Of a DNA stretch of 64,000 nucleotides, positions 9,625 through 19,081 are shown piece by piece. Origin of the DNA: an uncultured Bacteroides sp. (GTDB taxonomy: Bacteria > Bacteroidota > Bacteroidia > Bacteroidales > Bacteroidaceae); contig CALULL010000004.1 in NCBI GenBank assembly GCA_944321465.1, positions 21,451 through 85,450 on the forward strand. The letters run 5' to 3'. The notes beneath the pieces were generated by a model that saw nothing but the letters and a program-made list of their open reading frames with translations, had not been told where the DNA came from and did no database searches. Position numbers and translations under genes: made by a program. How positions within the stretch are numbered: the stretch's first letter is position 1; the number at the start of each line of letters is the position of its first letter.

Positions 9625-11193
9625 ATGAACAACGAGATAGAAAGAAGACGAACTTTTGCCATCATCGCGCACCCCGATGCCGGTAAGACCTCACTTACCG
9701 AAAAACTGCTGCTCTTCGGAGGGCAGATACAAGTAGCGGGAGCCGTCAAAAGCAACAAAATAAAGAAAACGGCCACATCGGACTGGATGGAGATAGAGAA
9801 GCAACGTGGCATCTCGGTGACCACCTCCGTCATGGAGTTCGATTACAACGGCTACAAAATCAACATCCTCGATACGCCCGGACACCAGGACTTCGCCGAA
9901 GACACCTACCGCACCCTGACCGCCGTGGACAGCGTTATCATCGTTGTAGACGGAGCCAAGGGCGTAGAGACGCAGACAAGGAAACTGATGGAAGTCTGCC
10001 GCATGAGGAACACGCCCGTCATCATCTTCGTCAACAAGATGGACCGGGAGGCCAAAGACCCGTTCGACCTGTTGGACGAACTGGAGGAGGAGCTGGCCAT
10101 CAAGGTGCGCCCCTTGACATGGCCCATCGAGAGCGGTGTGCGCTTCAAGGGCGTGTACAACATTTACGAGCACAACCTGAACCTCTTCCAGCCCAGCAAA
10201 CAAGTTGTCACGGAGAAGGTTGCCGTAGACATCAACACCCCGGCCTTGGACGAACGCATCGGACAGCAACTGGCCGACAAACTGCGGGGGGAACTGGAAC
10301 TGATAGAGGGCGTTTACCCCGAATTTGACGTACAAGGGTACCTCAAGGGGCAGTTGGCTCCCGTGTTCTTCGGCTCGGCCCTGAACAACTTCGGAGTGGA
10401 AGAGCTGCTCAACTGCTTCGTAGAGATAGCTCCCAGCCCACGCCCTGTGCAGGCCGAAGAACGGGCTGTCATGCCCGACGAACCCCGCTTCACCGGTTTC
10501 ATCTTCAAAATTACGGCCAACATTGACCCCAATCACCGCTCGTGTGTGGCTTTCTGCAAAATATGCTCGGGCAAGTTCGTGCGCAACGCCCCCTACTACC
10601 ACGTGCGCCACGACAAGACCATGCGCTTCTCCTCGCCTACACAGTTCATGGCCCAGCGCAAGACGACCGTCGACGAAGCATGGGCGGGAGACATCATCGG
10701 CTTGCCCGACAACGGGACCTTCAAGATAGGCGACACACTTACCGAAGGCGAGCACCTGCACTTCAGGGGCCTGCCCAGCTTCTCGCCCGAAATGTTCAAG
10801 TACATTGAGAATGCCGACCCCATGAAGCAAAAGCAACTGGCCAAAGGCATCGATCAGCTCATGGACGAGGGCGTGGCACAGCTCTTCGTCAACCAGTTCA
10901 ACGGACGCAAAATCATCGGAACTGTGGGGCAGCTGCAATTCGAAGTAATACAGTACCGGCTGGAGAACGAATACAACGCCAAGTGCCGCTGGGAACCGCT
11001 CAGCCTCTACAAAGCTTGCTGGATAGAAAGCGATAACCCCGCCGAGCTGGAAGCCTTCAAGAAACGCAAGTATCAGTACATGGCCAAGGACCGCGAGGGA
11101 CGCGATGTCTTCCTGGCCGACTCCAACTACGTGCTACAGATGGCCCAGACGGACTTCAAGCACATCCGTTTCCACTTCAGCAGCGAGTTCTGA
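9625..11193 (+). CDS. prfC: peptide chain release factor 3
   Basis: GTPase motifs [26 protein letters not shown] and NKMD. 522 aa. Confidence 0.95.
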   Translation: MNNEIERRRTFAIIAHPDAGKTSLTEKLLLFGGQIQVAGAVKSNKIKKTATSDWMEIEKQRGISVTTSVMEFDYNGYKINILDTPGHQDFAEDTYRTLTAVDSVIIVVDGAKGVETQTRKLMEVCRMRNTPVIIFVNKMDREAKDPFDLLDELEEELAIKVRPLTWPIESGVRFKGVYNIYEHNLNLFQPSKQVVTEKVAVDINTPALDERIGQQLADKLRGELELIEGVYPEFDVQGYLKGQLAPVFFGSALNNFGVEELLNCFVEIAPSPRPVQAEERAVMPDEPRFTGFIFKITANIDPNHRSCVAFCKICSGKFVRNAPYYHVRHDKTMRFSSPTQFMAQRKTTVDEAWAGDIIGLPDNGTFKIGDTLTEGEHLHFRGLPSFSPEMFKYIENADPMKQKQLAKGIDQLMDEGVAQLFVNQFNGRKIIGTVGQLQFEVIQYRLENEYNAKCRWEPLSLYKACWIESDNPAELEAFKKRKYQYMAKDREGRDVFLADSNYVLQMAQTDFKHIRFHFSSEF

Positions 11194-11271
11194 GCCTTCA
11201 TTTCCCCGCAGGCCGCCCTGACGGTTTCATCCCCGCCCGGCGGCTTGCGGAGAAAGGCACAGACCGCCCCT

Positions 11272-12276
11272 TCAATCTCCTTCGTAATAATCACCAAGAT
11301 AATAACGCGCCAGGAAGTCCCAGTTGTCGAGCAACAGCCGCTTCCCGTCAGAAACAGGTAGCTGCACGTCGGGCAACAACCCTTGGCTCATGCCATACTT
11401 CAGCAGGTCGAACGGACACGCCCCGGGACGGCACACCAGTTCGTATCCCTGCCGGACTGCCCGCGAAGCGTCGTAGGACTCGTTGCGCCCGCTGGCAAAG
11501 CAATAGCCCACACCGGGAGCAAGCAACATGCCCTTGGCATTGGCATAGACCACAAACGCACGCTCGTCCGCCAAGTCCTCCATCAGTCCGCCCGAAGCCG
11601 ATGCCTCCCATCCCAGCACCTCGGTAAAGAACGCACGCAGACGCGGATAATCGGCAAAATAGAGCAACGGCTCGCCACGGCTGTAGTCCAGGCACCGACG
11701 CGCGTCCCGGCTCAACCTCGTCTCCGGTCCCGCTTCGGGAAGCGGAGAGCGCGGACGTGACAAGGCCGATGCCGCCATCAGCCAGTCTGCTGAACGGCAA
11801 TCGTCTACGGGTGCCTTCTCAAAATCCTCGTCCATCAACGCGAAGACCGAACGTGCCAGACGCAGCAGCTCCCCTTCGAACGGGGAGCAACACGAGGGGA
11901 ACTCGCGTGGCGAACGTGCCCGCCTCGACTTCACCGTCCACAGCACGAAGGCCACATCTTCGGCGTTCACCTCGTCGGAAGCATACGAGTCCGCCACGCC
12001 ATAGAAAGGCAAGGTCCTGCCATAGCGTGCCCGATAGCCCTGAGCAAAGGTGTGCCAACCGCCCGACCGGGCTATGACATCGCGAAAGTAAAGAGCCAAC
12101 GCCACCGCACCCTGCCGCAGCTCGTCGCCCGCCAACAAAGGCGAAGCAGCCAGCACGGGCAACAGACGCGCGTTGGCAAAGTCCATGTACCAGCGGTTGC
12201 ACTCGGCATCCTTCAGCGAGCGGCCTCCGGCCTCCACCCAGTTACGGATGCGTATGTTGTTGCTGCTCTGTTCCAT
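11272..12276 (-). CDS. conserved hypothetical protein (possibly DUF3843-like)
   Basis: 334-aa ORF with coding-like codon usage, 6 nt downstream of the LRR gene. The family guess is weak. Confidence 0.6.
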   Translation of the reverse strand: MEQSSNNIRIRNWVEAGGRSLKDAECNRWYMDFANARLLPVLAASPLLAGDELRQGAVALALYFRDVIARSGGWHTFAQGYRARYGRTLPFYGVADSYASDEVNAEDVAFVLWTVKSRRARSPREFPSCCSPFEGELLRLARSVFALMDEDFEKAPVDDCRSADWLMAASALSRPRSPLPEAGPETRLSRDARRCLDYSRGEPLLYFADYPRLRAFFTEVLGWEASASGGLMEDLADERAFVVYANAKGMLLAPGVGYCFASGRNESYDASRAVRQGYELVCRPGACPFDLLKYGMSQGLLPDVQLPVSDGKRLLLDNWDFLARYYLGDYYEGD

Positions 12277-12282
12277 GTACGC

Positions 12283-13365
12283 TCAGTCTGAGTTACCCGT
12301 TCCGTCGTCTTCTCCCTCAGTTGCATATACCAGGCGCGACGGTTCTTCGCCAAACAAGTTTTCGCCCAGCGTCGTGGGTGCCGTCCCGGTCACCAGCACC
12401 TGTCTCAGGTGGTCGCACCCGATGAAGGCCCCATACTCTATGGCCACGACCCCGGGTGGCAACGTCAGTGTCCCCGCCAGCCGTCCGCACCCGCTGAAGG
12501 CGCGTTGCCCTATGCGTTTCAGGTCCGACGGCAGTTGCACGTGCAGGAGATAACGCTTCTGCGAGAAGGTATAGGGCGGGATCGACTCTGCATTGCAACG
12601 GGACAAGTCGATTTCCACCAACCGGGGCATGTAGTTGCGCACCGTCAGGAAATCGTCTTCGCTCATGCGCCCCGTCACGCTGAGGAAACATACCTCGCGA
12701 GGCTGCAAACCTGCACGCATCAACTCGCCTTCGAGCGTCCTGCCATTGCCCACGCGCACCCGTGCCCTCACGGCTTTGCCATCGACCACGGCAAACCTTT
12801 TCCATTCCTCCGACATCTGGTAGGCATCGCTGCACCCGTCAGGCACAAACACGGCTGTCAGCGTATCGGCCAGTGCTCCCGGCTCCAGCATGGGAGGCTC
12901 CGACTGCGACAACTTAAGCACGTACAGATTGCCGCAACCCTTGAAGGCATCCTGTCCGATGACCTTTATGTCCTTGGGCAAGACGACGGTCCGCAGCCTT
13001 CTTCCGCCCGTCTGCCGGGTACTGTCCACCCCGGGCGGGCAAAAGGCATAGGCCGGAATACTATTTGCCTTATAGACGGTAAATCCCTTCTCCGTGCCCT
13101 CGCGTCCGGTGTAGCGCACAATGGATGCGCCAGACAGGTTGAGCAGCCCCAGGTTCGGAAAACTGTCGCGCAAATAGCGGAAATCGACGGCATTGACTTT
13201 GCCTTGCAGCTCAAGGTTTCGAATGCCTGCGGCTTCGGACGGTGAAATCAGCTTGGAGAGTGTCCCGCCCTTGGGGACATAGCGGACATACCGTTTCTGC
13301 GCCCCGGCCCACACGGCCACCATCAGGATGGCGGCCAACATCAGTATCTTTTTTACATTCATCAT
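12283..13365 (-). CDS. secreted leucine-rich-repeat (BspA-like) protein
   Basis: Signal peptide MMNVKKILMLAAILMVAVWAGAQ. Repeated ...IGQDAFKGCGNL... / ...IGQRAFSGCGRL... / ...IEYGAFIGCDHL... LRR units. ATG at 13365. Confidence 0.8.
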   Translation of the reverse strand: MMNVKKILMLAAILMVAVWAGAQKRYVRYVPKGGTLSKLISPSEAAGIRNLELQGKVNAVDFRYLRDSFPNLGLLNLSGASIVRYTGREGTEKGFTVYKANSIPAYAFCPPGVDSTRQTGGRRLRTVVLPKDIKVIGQDAFKGCGNLYVLKLSQSEPPMLEPGALADTLTAVFVPDGCSDAYQMSEEWKRFAVVDGKAVRARVRVGNGRTLEGELMRAGLQPREVCFLSVTGRMSEDDFLTVRNYMPRLVEIDLSRCNAESIPPYTFSQKRYLLHVQLPSDLKRIGQRAFSGCGRLAGTLTLPPGVVAIEYGAFIGCDHLRQVLVTGTAPTTLGENLFGEEPSRLVYATEGEDDGTGNSD

Positions 13366-13392
13366 TGTTCCCTGAAGTTCTAACGGTGCTTT

Positions 13393-13589
13393 AACCTCCG
13401 ATCGGTCATTAGACCACCGATTTGAGGTTTGGTTGTCTTTCTTCGGTTTTCCAAGCCCTTTCGCCCTCTTGTCGGCATTTTGTCTGCCGATTTGTCCCGT
13501 CATAGCCCGCTACGCCTTCGACAAAAACGGCTGTCAACCAGTACGGCAACAGAACAAAGTCGCTTGGCCTCTAATGACCGATTTGGGTT
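13393..13589 (+). repeat. MITE-like element, copy A (197 bp, terminal inverted repeats)
   Basis: Left end AACCTCCGATCGGTCATTAGACC, right end CTCTAATGACCGATTTGGGTT. Conserved internal blocks (TCTTTCTTCGGTTTTCCAAGCC, GTCGGCATTTTGTCTGCCG, CCCGCTACGCCTTCGACAAA) are shared with the other copies. Confidence 0.7.
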
Positions 13590-13670
13590 CAAAGATAACG
13601 CATTTCGTGCTACCTGTTCCGTTTTTTGCGTATTTTTGCACCCGTTACGGCTTTGCCCAACATCCCTTAA

Positions 13671-13752
13671 CGGGCGCACCTGTGCTCTCCACGGGGCACA
13701 GGTACACCAGCCGGGAAGCACACCTGTGTCCGAGACCGGGCACACCTGTGGT
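13671..13752. repeat. GC-rich array with a 22-nt period (core GGGCRCACCTGTG)
   Basis: CACCTGTG at 13677, 13721 and 13743, and the inverted CACAGGT at 13697. Spacing is 22 nt. It sits immediately upstream of the CPBP start. Confidence 0.6.
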
Positions 13753-13788
13753 GGGAAAGCCGTGTACCAACCGCTAAAATCACCCCCT

Positions 13789-14658
13789 ATGAACATCGGA
13801 AACGACACACCCTCCCCTACGCCCTTCAACGCCCGACAAGCGGGCTGGCTTGTGGCCGAACTGGCCTTGCTCACAGTAGTTTTCATCGTGCTGCAGTCGC
13901 TGTTCTACGTCTGCTACCTGCCTTTCCGCGACAAGGCCGACGTGCTGCTGTCGCAGGTCGTCGACGTAGCTCTGTGGGCAACTGCGTCGTTGCTGGCGGC
14001 GTGGGCGGTGCTTTGGTTCAGGCGGTGTCCCCTGCGGCAGGTGGGTCTCGCCTGGCAAGGCTGGAACACGCTGACCCGGGGAGCCGCCGTCGCCCTTGCC
14101 ATCTATGCCGTGGGGTTCGGCTTGTCCGTCGCCGCCGGGTGGGTAGAGGTCGCGGCCCTGCACCTGTATCCCGGCGAACTGGCAGGCACACTCGCCTATT
14201 TCTTTTTCGTCGCCTTCAGCGAGGAGGTTCTGTTTCGCGGCATGGCACTGGGGCGGATGCTCGACAAAGGTTTGTCGCCAGCCGTCGCCCTGCTCCTGTC
14301 CTCGGCACTCTTCGCCCTGGCCCACGGAGCCAACCCGGGCATCGGCCTCCTATCGCTCGTCAACATTGCCCTGGCTGGCGCACTGATGGGCGCAGCCTAC
14401 CTGCGGCAACGCAACCTGTGGGAACCTATCGCGCTGCATTGGGCATGGAACTGGCTGCAAGGGCCGGTGCTGGGCTACGGCGTGAGCGGCATCACGATGG
14501 GCAGCCCCATGCTGGAACTGCACCTTGCGGGCAGTCCGCTGCTGACGGGCGGAGCCTTCGGCTTCGAGGCTTCGCTGCCCTGCACGGTGCTGCTGGCACT
14601 TGCCCTGGGCTTCTTGGCGTGGCGAAATGGTTCTATTTTCTGCAGCGACAAAGCCTGA
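13789..14658 (+). CDS. CPBP family intramembrane glutamic endopeptidase (CAAX protease / Abi family)
   Basis: Polytopic membrane protein with motif 1 FSEEVLFRG and motif 2 SSALFALAHGANP. The ATG at 13789 was chosen because the longer track ORF start would read through repeat copy A. Confidence 0.85.
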   Translation: MNIGNDTPSPTPFNARQAGWLVAELALLTVVFIVLQSLFYVCYLPFRDKADVLLSQVVDVALWATASLLAAWAVLWFRRCPLRQVGLAWQGWNTLTRGAAVALAIYAVGFGLSVAAGWVEVAALHLYPGELAGTLAYFFFVAFSEEVLFRGMALGRMLDKGLSPAVALLLSSALFALAHGANPGIGLLSLVNIALAGALMGAAYLRQRNLWEPIALHWAWNWLQGPVLGYGVSGITMGSPMLELHLAGSPLLTGGAFGFEASLPCTVLLALALGFLAWRNGSIFCSDKA

Positions 14659-14709
14659 ACGGGGGGCAACCCCGCACCCGTCGGGCACAACCGGCCCGTG
14701 CCCCGTTTC

Positions 14710-14906
14710 AACCCAAATCGGTCATTAGAGTCCAAAGCGATTTCGTTTTGCCGCCGTGCTTCTTGTCCGCCACCTTTGCCGAAAGCGTAGCGGGCTACGC
14801 CGAGACAAAGCGGCAGACAAAATGCCGACAGCGGGACGAAAGCGATTGGAAAGTCCGAGAAAGATAGCCCGATACCCATCGGGCGGTCTAATGACCGATT
14901 GGGGTT
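14710..14906 (-). repeat. MITE-like element, copy B (197 bp, inverted relative to copy A)
   Basis: AACCCAAATCGGTCATTAGAG ... GGTCTAATGACCGATTGGGGTT. The internal blocks are the reverse complement of those in copies A and C2. Confidence 0.7.
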
Positions 14907-15078
14907 CAACGACAAGAGGCATCGCAACGCTTGTCCGGGCAATCGCACAGGCACAAAAAAGCCCGCCGCAACGGGGCTATACCGACCCGTCCGACGGGAA
15001 ATGCAGAACATCACTGCAAAAGCCAAAGCCGCATCCGGGCTTCAGCGTCGCCCATACGGTCACAGGATGCCTCTGCCG

Positions 15079-15273
15079 TCATTTCTTGTGACGGTTGGCC
15101 CGCTTGCGCCGTATCTCGGCTTTCATTTTGGCAGCTCCCGAGTTGTGCTGCCCCGTGATGTAGGTCTTCTTCTTAGCTTTGGTCTTCACTTTTGCCGGTG
15201 TGGCAGGTTTCTTCTTCTGCCCACGGAAGACGATGCCCTCCGTCATGGCCTTTTCCAGTTCTTCAGCTGTCAT
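15079..15273 (-). CDS. small lysine/arginine-rich protein of unknown function (64 aa)
   Basis: MTAEELEKAMTEGIVFRGQKKKPATPAKVKTKAKKK...RRKRANRHKK. GC3-rich codon usage like neighbouring genes. It lies 27 nt downstream of the VOC gene on the same strand. The track ORF start at 15282 is TTG; the first ATG is at 15273. Confidence 0.55.
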   Translation of the reverse strand: MTAEELEKAMTEGIVFRGQKKKPATPAKVKTKAKKKTYITGQHNSGAAKMKAEIRRKRANRHKK

Positions 15274-15300
15274 ATCATACAAAATGTTTGGTTGAACGTA

Positions 15301-15681
15301 TCAGTAGTTGGCCGGAAGGATTTCTATCCAATAATCGTCCGGGTCGTGTATGAAATACAGCCCCATGCTATAGTTCTCGAAGCACACGCAACCCATTTGC
15401 CTGTGATACTCCCGTATGGCATCGTAGTCGCCTTCCACACGAAAGCACAGGTGGCTTTCGTTCTCGCCCAGCTCGTAGGGCTGAGGGTGCTCCTTCAGGC
15501 AGGTCAGTTCGAGCAGGAAGCACGTGGCGTTGTCAGTGAGGTAGACCAAGGTGAACGAGCCGTCTGGTGCCGTCTTGCGGTGGTGTTCCTTCAGGCCAAG
15601 GGCTTTCTCGTAGAACGCAATACTACGCTCCAGGTCGGTAACGTTGATGTTGAAGTGGTCGAATTTGCTTTTTATTTCCAT
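15301..15681 (-). CDS. VOC family protein (glyoxalase I / lactoylglutathione lyase-like)
   Basis: FDHFNINVTDLERSIAFYEKALGL N-terminal beta-alpha-beta-beta-beta module. 126 aa. Confidence 0.85.
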   Translation of the reverse strand: MEIKSKFDHFNINVTDLERSIAFYEKALGLKEHHRKTAPDGSFTLVYLTDNATCFLLELTCLKEHPQPYELGENESHLCFRVEGDYDAIREYHRQMGCVCFENYSMGLYFIHDPDDYWIEILPANY

Positions 15682-15757
15682 TGTATCGTAAGTTATGTGA
15701 TTGCTTAAACAAGGTGCAGCGGAAAGAAGTCCGCCAAAGGACGCAGGCCACCTGCCG

Positions 15758-16744
15758 TCAGCGCACGAAGGCTGTCAGAACTTCGCCTGCATAAAGACGT
15801 GGAAAGCCGTCGGGCAGAGCCTGCACGGGCAGCTTACGGCATTGCAGCACCACCGAAGGTTCGTTCTGCCCCACGGGATAGAAGCGCACGCCATATTCCT
15901 GCACCTGCTCCATAGCCTGACTGGGTTGGTCGGGGGAAAACAGGACAAAGACCACCCGCTTACCATCCTTTACGCCCAGCGAGCCGCCTACGTTGGCCGT
16001 CATCGTGGACATGTTGAACGGGTCGGAGCCTATCGTCACGACAATTGTGCCCGTACCTGCTTTCAGGGCATCGGCAGGCAAGTCGGTCGGCGCCACCTCC
16101 CTAAGCTCGCCCGCAGAGGCATCCGCCACAAAAGCGGACCTACCGTACTGCAAAGACACACCTGCCTCTGACACCCCGAGAACACGCCCGGCCTCTGCAA
16201 ACAGACTGTCGGCAAAGTCCACCGTTCTCCTACGCCACTTGGCCAGGCCACGCACCAGCCTCGTCCGCGACTTGTTGAGAGCATAGCGGTCTGTAATCCA
16301 TTCCTCGGCCTTATAGTGGTCCTCATCCTCGTAGTCGAAACTGATGCGGGAGAACTGCAGTTCGCACTTCCCCGGCTGGCAGTAGGCCGTCAGTTGGTAG
16401 TGCATCAGGGTACGGTCCAATGCCAAGGCTGAAGAGTGAAAGACAATCCATTCCTCTGCCCGCCCCACAACCTGACCTTTCTCAGGATTGGCGTAAACCA
16501 GACGGCTGGTGTTGGCATTGCGCTCCATGCGTTTTGCCATCCAGTCCGCCATGCAGTCAAACAGTTCCTGCCGGGTCTTCCCGGACAAAAGATAGGTATG
16601 TGAGAAAACAACCTCCCCGTCGACTTCAGGGACTGCCCCTGCCAGGTACTTGCTCTCGTCGTCTTCTTGCGCCGGCAAGGCCAAGGGCAGGCACAGTACA
16701 ACCCACAACAGGGCAAGGCTGCGCGAAAATACAGGTAGACTCAT
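15758..16744 (-). CDS. secreted DUF4468-domain protein
   Basis: Signal peptide MSLPVFSRSLALLWVVLCLPLALPAQ, then the YLAGAVPEVDGEVVFSH...ELFDCMADWMAKR pattern of DUF4468. The ATG at 16744 overlaps the MBL gene stop (ATGA). Confidence 0.65.
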   Translation of the reverse strand: MSLPVFSRSLALLWVVLCLPLALPAQEDDESKYLAGAVPEVDGEVVFSHTYLLSGKTRQELFDCMADWMAKRMERNANTSRLVYANPEKGQVVGRAEEWIVFHSSALALDRTLMHYQLTAYCQPGKCELQFSRISFDYEDEDHYKAEEWITDRYALNKSRTRLVRGLAKWRRRTVDFADSLFAEAGRVLGVSEAGVSLQYGRSAFVADASAGELREVAPTDLPADALKAGTGTIVVTIGSDPFNMSTMTANVGGSLGVKDGKRVVFVLFSPDQPSQAMEQVQEYGVRFYPVGQNEPSVVLQCRKLPVQALPDGFPRLYAGEVLTAFVR

Positions 16745-17502
16745 ATCGTTGAAACAGTTTTGGTCTGGCCCCCTACAGACAAGTCGAAACGCTCGCCACG
16801 GTGCCCTATGGCGCAGAAACGGCAACCCCGCTCCTCGGCGATTGGACGAAAGGCGTTGCCGCCCTCGTAGTCCTCTCCGAAGTGCATGGGGACGAACATC
16901 CCCGTGCGTATGGTTTCTATAAACTGACGGGGACCGCGCATGTAGTCCTCGCCCAAGCGGCGGTCCACGGGGAACAGCACCACGTCGGCAGCATCGTAAG
17001 AATGGCGTATGAAGTTCAGCTCGGCCCGAAAGTCTCCCTCGGCCTTGCGTACCTCGGCGGGAGTGGACTCGGCCTTCCAATGCCAGTTGTTCAAATCGCC
17101 CGCATGAAACAGGCGCATCCCTTGCAGACTTATCATAAAGGACACGCCCACGTCGGTAGAACCGAAAGCATCGACCCGCAGGCAGTCGTCGGCATACGTA
17201 TCCCCTTTAGACAGATAAAGCGCATCGTCAGCCGCTGCGCGGCGATGCTTCAGAATGTCCTTTGAGAAGAGGTAACAGATGTCAGGCCGCCTTTCCTTCC
17301 AAGCCAGCACACGCGGGTTGAAGTGGTCGGGGTGAAAATGCGACGCAAGCACATACATCCGCCCGGGGCGTTGCAGCAGGCTGTCCTGCACGAGACCATG
17401 AGAAGGGTCATCGGGCAGTGTGTCCTGATAGAAATCCAGAACAAGTGTCACCCCCTCGGCCTCCAGGGCAAACCCACTGTGATAAATATAGTCGAGCGTC
17501 AT
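16741..17502 (-). CDS. MBL-fold metallo-hydrolase
   Basis: YHSGFALE..., the SHFHPDHF metal-binding motif, and a later HAGD. Confidence 0.8.
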   Translation of the reverse strand: MTLDYIYHSGFALEAEGVTLVLDFYQDTLPDDPSHGLVQDSLLQRPGRMYVLASHFHPDHFNPRVLAWKERRPDICYLFSKDILKHRRAAADDALYLSKGDTYADDCLRVDAFGSTDVGVSFMISLQGMRLFHAGDLNNWHWKAESTPAEVRKAEGDFRAELNFIRHSYDAADVVLFPVDRRLGEDYMRGPRQFIETIRTGMFVPMHFGEDYEGGNAFRPIAEERGCRFCAIGHRGERFDLSVGGQTKTVSTI

Positions 17503-17655
17503 ATCGGATAATCTGTCTGTTGCACGTCAAAAGGAATGCAATATTACAACAAAGGGAAGAAAAAACCTTGTCTTTTCCACTTTTTAACCTAAACTCGCGT
17601 TCAACTCCTACAAAGTTTTTCTCTCCCCGAAACCGCGTTATTCCGTAAGAACTCG

Positions 17656-17663
17656 TATATTTG
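17656..17663 (+). promoter_or_regulatory. Bacteroidetes -7 promoter box TATATTTG
   Basis: Matches TAnnTTTG, 30 nt upstream of the ATG at 17693 in an AT-rich divergent intergenic region. Confidence 0.45.
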
Positions 17664-17692
17664 CCCACAGAACATATAAAGAAAAGGTGTAT

Positions 17693-18325
17693 ATGGACGA
17701 GAAATTTGTAATCAACATCGGTCGTCAGCTGGGCAGCGGCGGCCGGGAAATAGGCGAAAAGCTGGCAACCCGCTTGGGTATCTCCTTCTACGATAAGGAG
17801 CTTATCAATCTGGCATCCGAAGAAAGCGGACTGTGCAGAGAGTTCTTTGAGAAAGCCGACGAACGTGCCGCACAGGGCATCGTAGGCGGTCTGTTCGGGG
17901 CGCGTTTCCCCTTCATCGGAGACGGCGCAATACCCACCATGAATTGCCTGAGCAACGACGCGCTGTTCAAAGTACAGAGCGATGTCATACGCAAACTGGC
18001 CGAAGAAAAGTCGTGCCTCTTTGTGGGCAGGTGCGCAGACTACATCTTGCGCGACCATCCACGTTGCGCCAACGTGTTCATCTCGGCTTCGCGCGAGGAG
18101 CGCATTGCACGCCTCTGCCGCATCCACTCCATCTCGAAGAACGAGGCAGAGGACATGATGAACCGCGCCGACAAGAAACGCTCGGAGTACTACAACTACT
18201 ACAGCTACAAGACCTGGGGAGCGGCAGCCACCTACCACCTCTGCATCGACTCGTCGGCCTTGGGCATAGAGCGCACCATCGACTTTATCGAAGCATTCGT
18301 GAAGCAGAAGCTCCACCTGCAATAG
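17693..18325 (+). CDS. cytidylate kinase-like family protein (P-loop NTPase)
   Basis: INIGRQLGSGGREIGEKLATRLGISFYDKELI is typical of the cytidylate-kinase-like family in Bacteroidales. Confidence 0.75.
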   Translation: MDEKFVINIGRQLGSGGREIGEKLATRLGISFYDKELINLASEESGLCREFFEKADERAAQGIVGGLFGARFPFIGDGAIPTMNCLSNDALFKVQSDVIRKLAEEKSCLFVGRCADYILRDHPRCANVFISASREERIARLCRIHSISKNEAEDMMNRADKKRSEYYNYYSYKTWGAAATYHLCIDSSALGIERTIDFIEAFVKQKLHLQ

Positions 18326-18357
18326 CCTCGCTCCCAGCCCCACCGCCACGCACCGAC

Positions 18358-18855
18358 ATGGACCCCCACACACGCACGGCACACGAAGCCGCCCTATTGG
18401 CACAAATCCTGCACCACGGACAGACAGACAAGGCTGGAAAAGACTACTTTGAGGGACATCTGCGCACGGTAGGCGGACTCGGAGCGGACTGGAAGGAGCA
18501 AACCGTGGGCTACCTGCACGATGCCGCCGAGGACACCCCGCACACCGTAACAGACATCATCGGAATGCTGAAAGCCCGGTGCCCAGGACTCTCGCCTAAG
18601 GAATGGGACGAACTGACGGAAGCCCTCTGCCTGCTGAACTCGCACACGGCTTCCTCACGGACGGAGTACATAGAACGCTTCGGTGGCCACCGACTCGCCA
18701 TCCGCGTGAAGCTGAACGACCTATGCCACAACATGAACCCCGACCGCATTGCCCGCCCCACGGAAAAGGACCGGGCGCGGGCGGAGAGATACCGGAAGGA
18801 ATACGACCGACTGACAGAGATGCTCGACGCACTGGAACGAGGAGAGGAAAATTGA
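18358..18855 (+). CDS. HD-domain phosphohydrolase (RelA/SpoT hydrolase-like, small)
   Basis: HHGQTDKAGKDYFEGHL ... YLHDAAEDT HD motif. ATG at 18358 inside track ORF 17944..18855. Confidence 0.65.
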   Translation: MDPHTRTAHEAALLAQILHHGQTDKAGKDYFEGHLRTVGGLGADWKEQTVGYLHDAAEDTPHTVTDIIGMLKARCPGLSPKEWDELTEALCLLNSHTASSRTEYIERFGGHRLAIRVKLNDLCHNMNPDRIARPTEKDRARAERYRKEYDRLTEMLDALERGEEN

Positions 18856-18944
18856 CGAGGGACAAGGTACGAGTTGACAAGGGATTGGGTGGAAGACACC
18901 CTGTACCTACCCCCTTGCATCTCGTACCTTGTCCCTCGTCAATT
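18850..18944. repeat. 24-bp perfect inverted repeat (long hairpin) starting at the HD-gene stop codon
   Basis: AATTGACGAGGGACAAGGTACGAG (18850-18873) and its exact reverse complement (18921-18944), separated by a 47-nt spacer. Confidence 0.8.
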
Positions 18945-18951
18945 CGTCCTT

Positions 18952-19080
18952 AAGCCCCAATCGGCCTTTAGAGTCCAAAACTATTCCGTCCTGCTTCCGT
19001 GCAGGTTGGCTGGATGAAAGAACCAGGGAAACCGAAGAAAGACAGCGAGGCACACTTCGGCGGTCTGACCGATTGGGATT
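18952..19080 (-). repeat. MITE-like element, copy C1 (129 bp, internally deleted and degenerate)
   Basis: AAGCCCCAATCGGCCTTTAGAG ... GGAAACCGAAGAAAGACA ... CGGTCTGACCGATTGGGATT. It abuts copy C2 head-to-head. Confidence 0.55.
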
Positions 19081-19081
19081 T

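Noticed and set aside
13429-13788. Long N-terminal extensions of track ORFs. Examples: CPBP from 13429, DUF3575 from 37397, DUF4468 from 17080, helicase from 21453, Mfa1-paralogue from 31076, glyA from 39950, aguA from 5048.
   Set aside because: The extensions run through repeats or intergenic GC-rich DNA or overlap upstream genes, and they are Arg/Pro/Gly-rich. In each case an internal ATG gives a proper signal peptide or the conserved family N-terminus.
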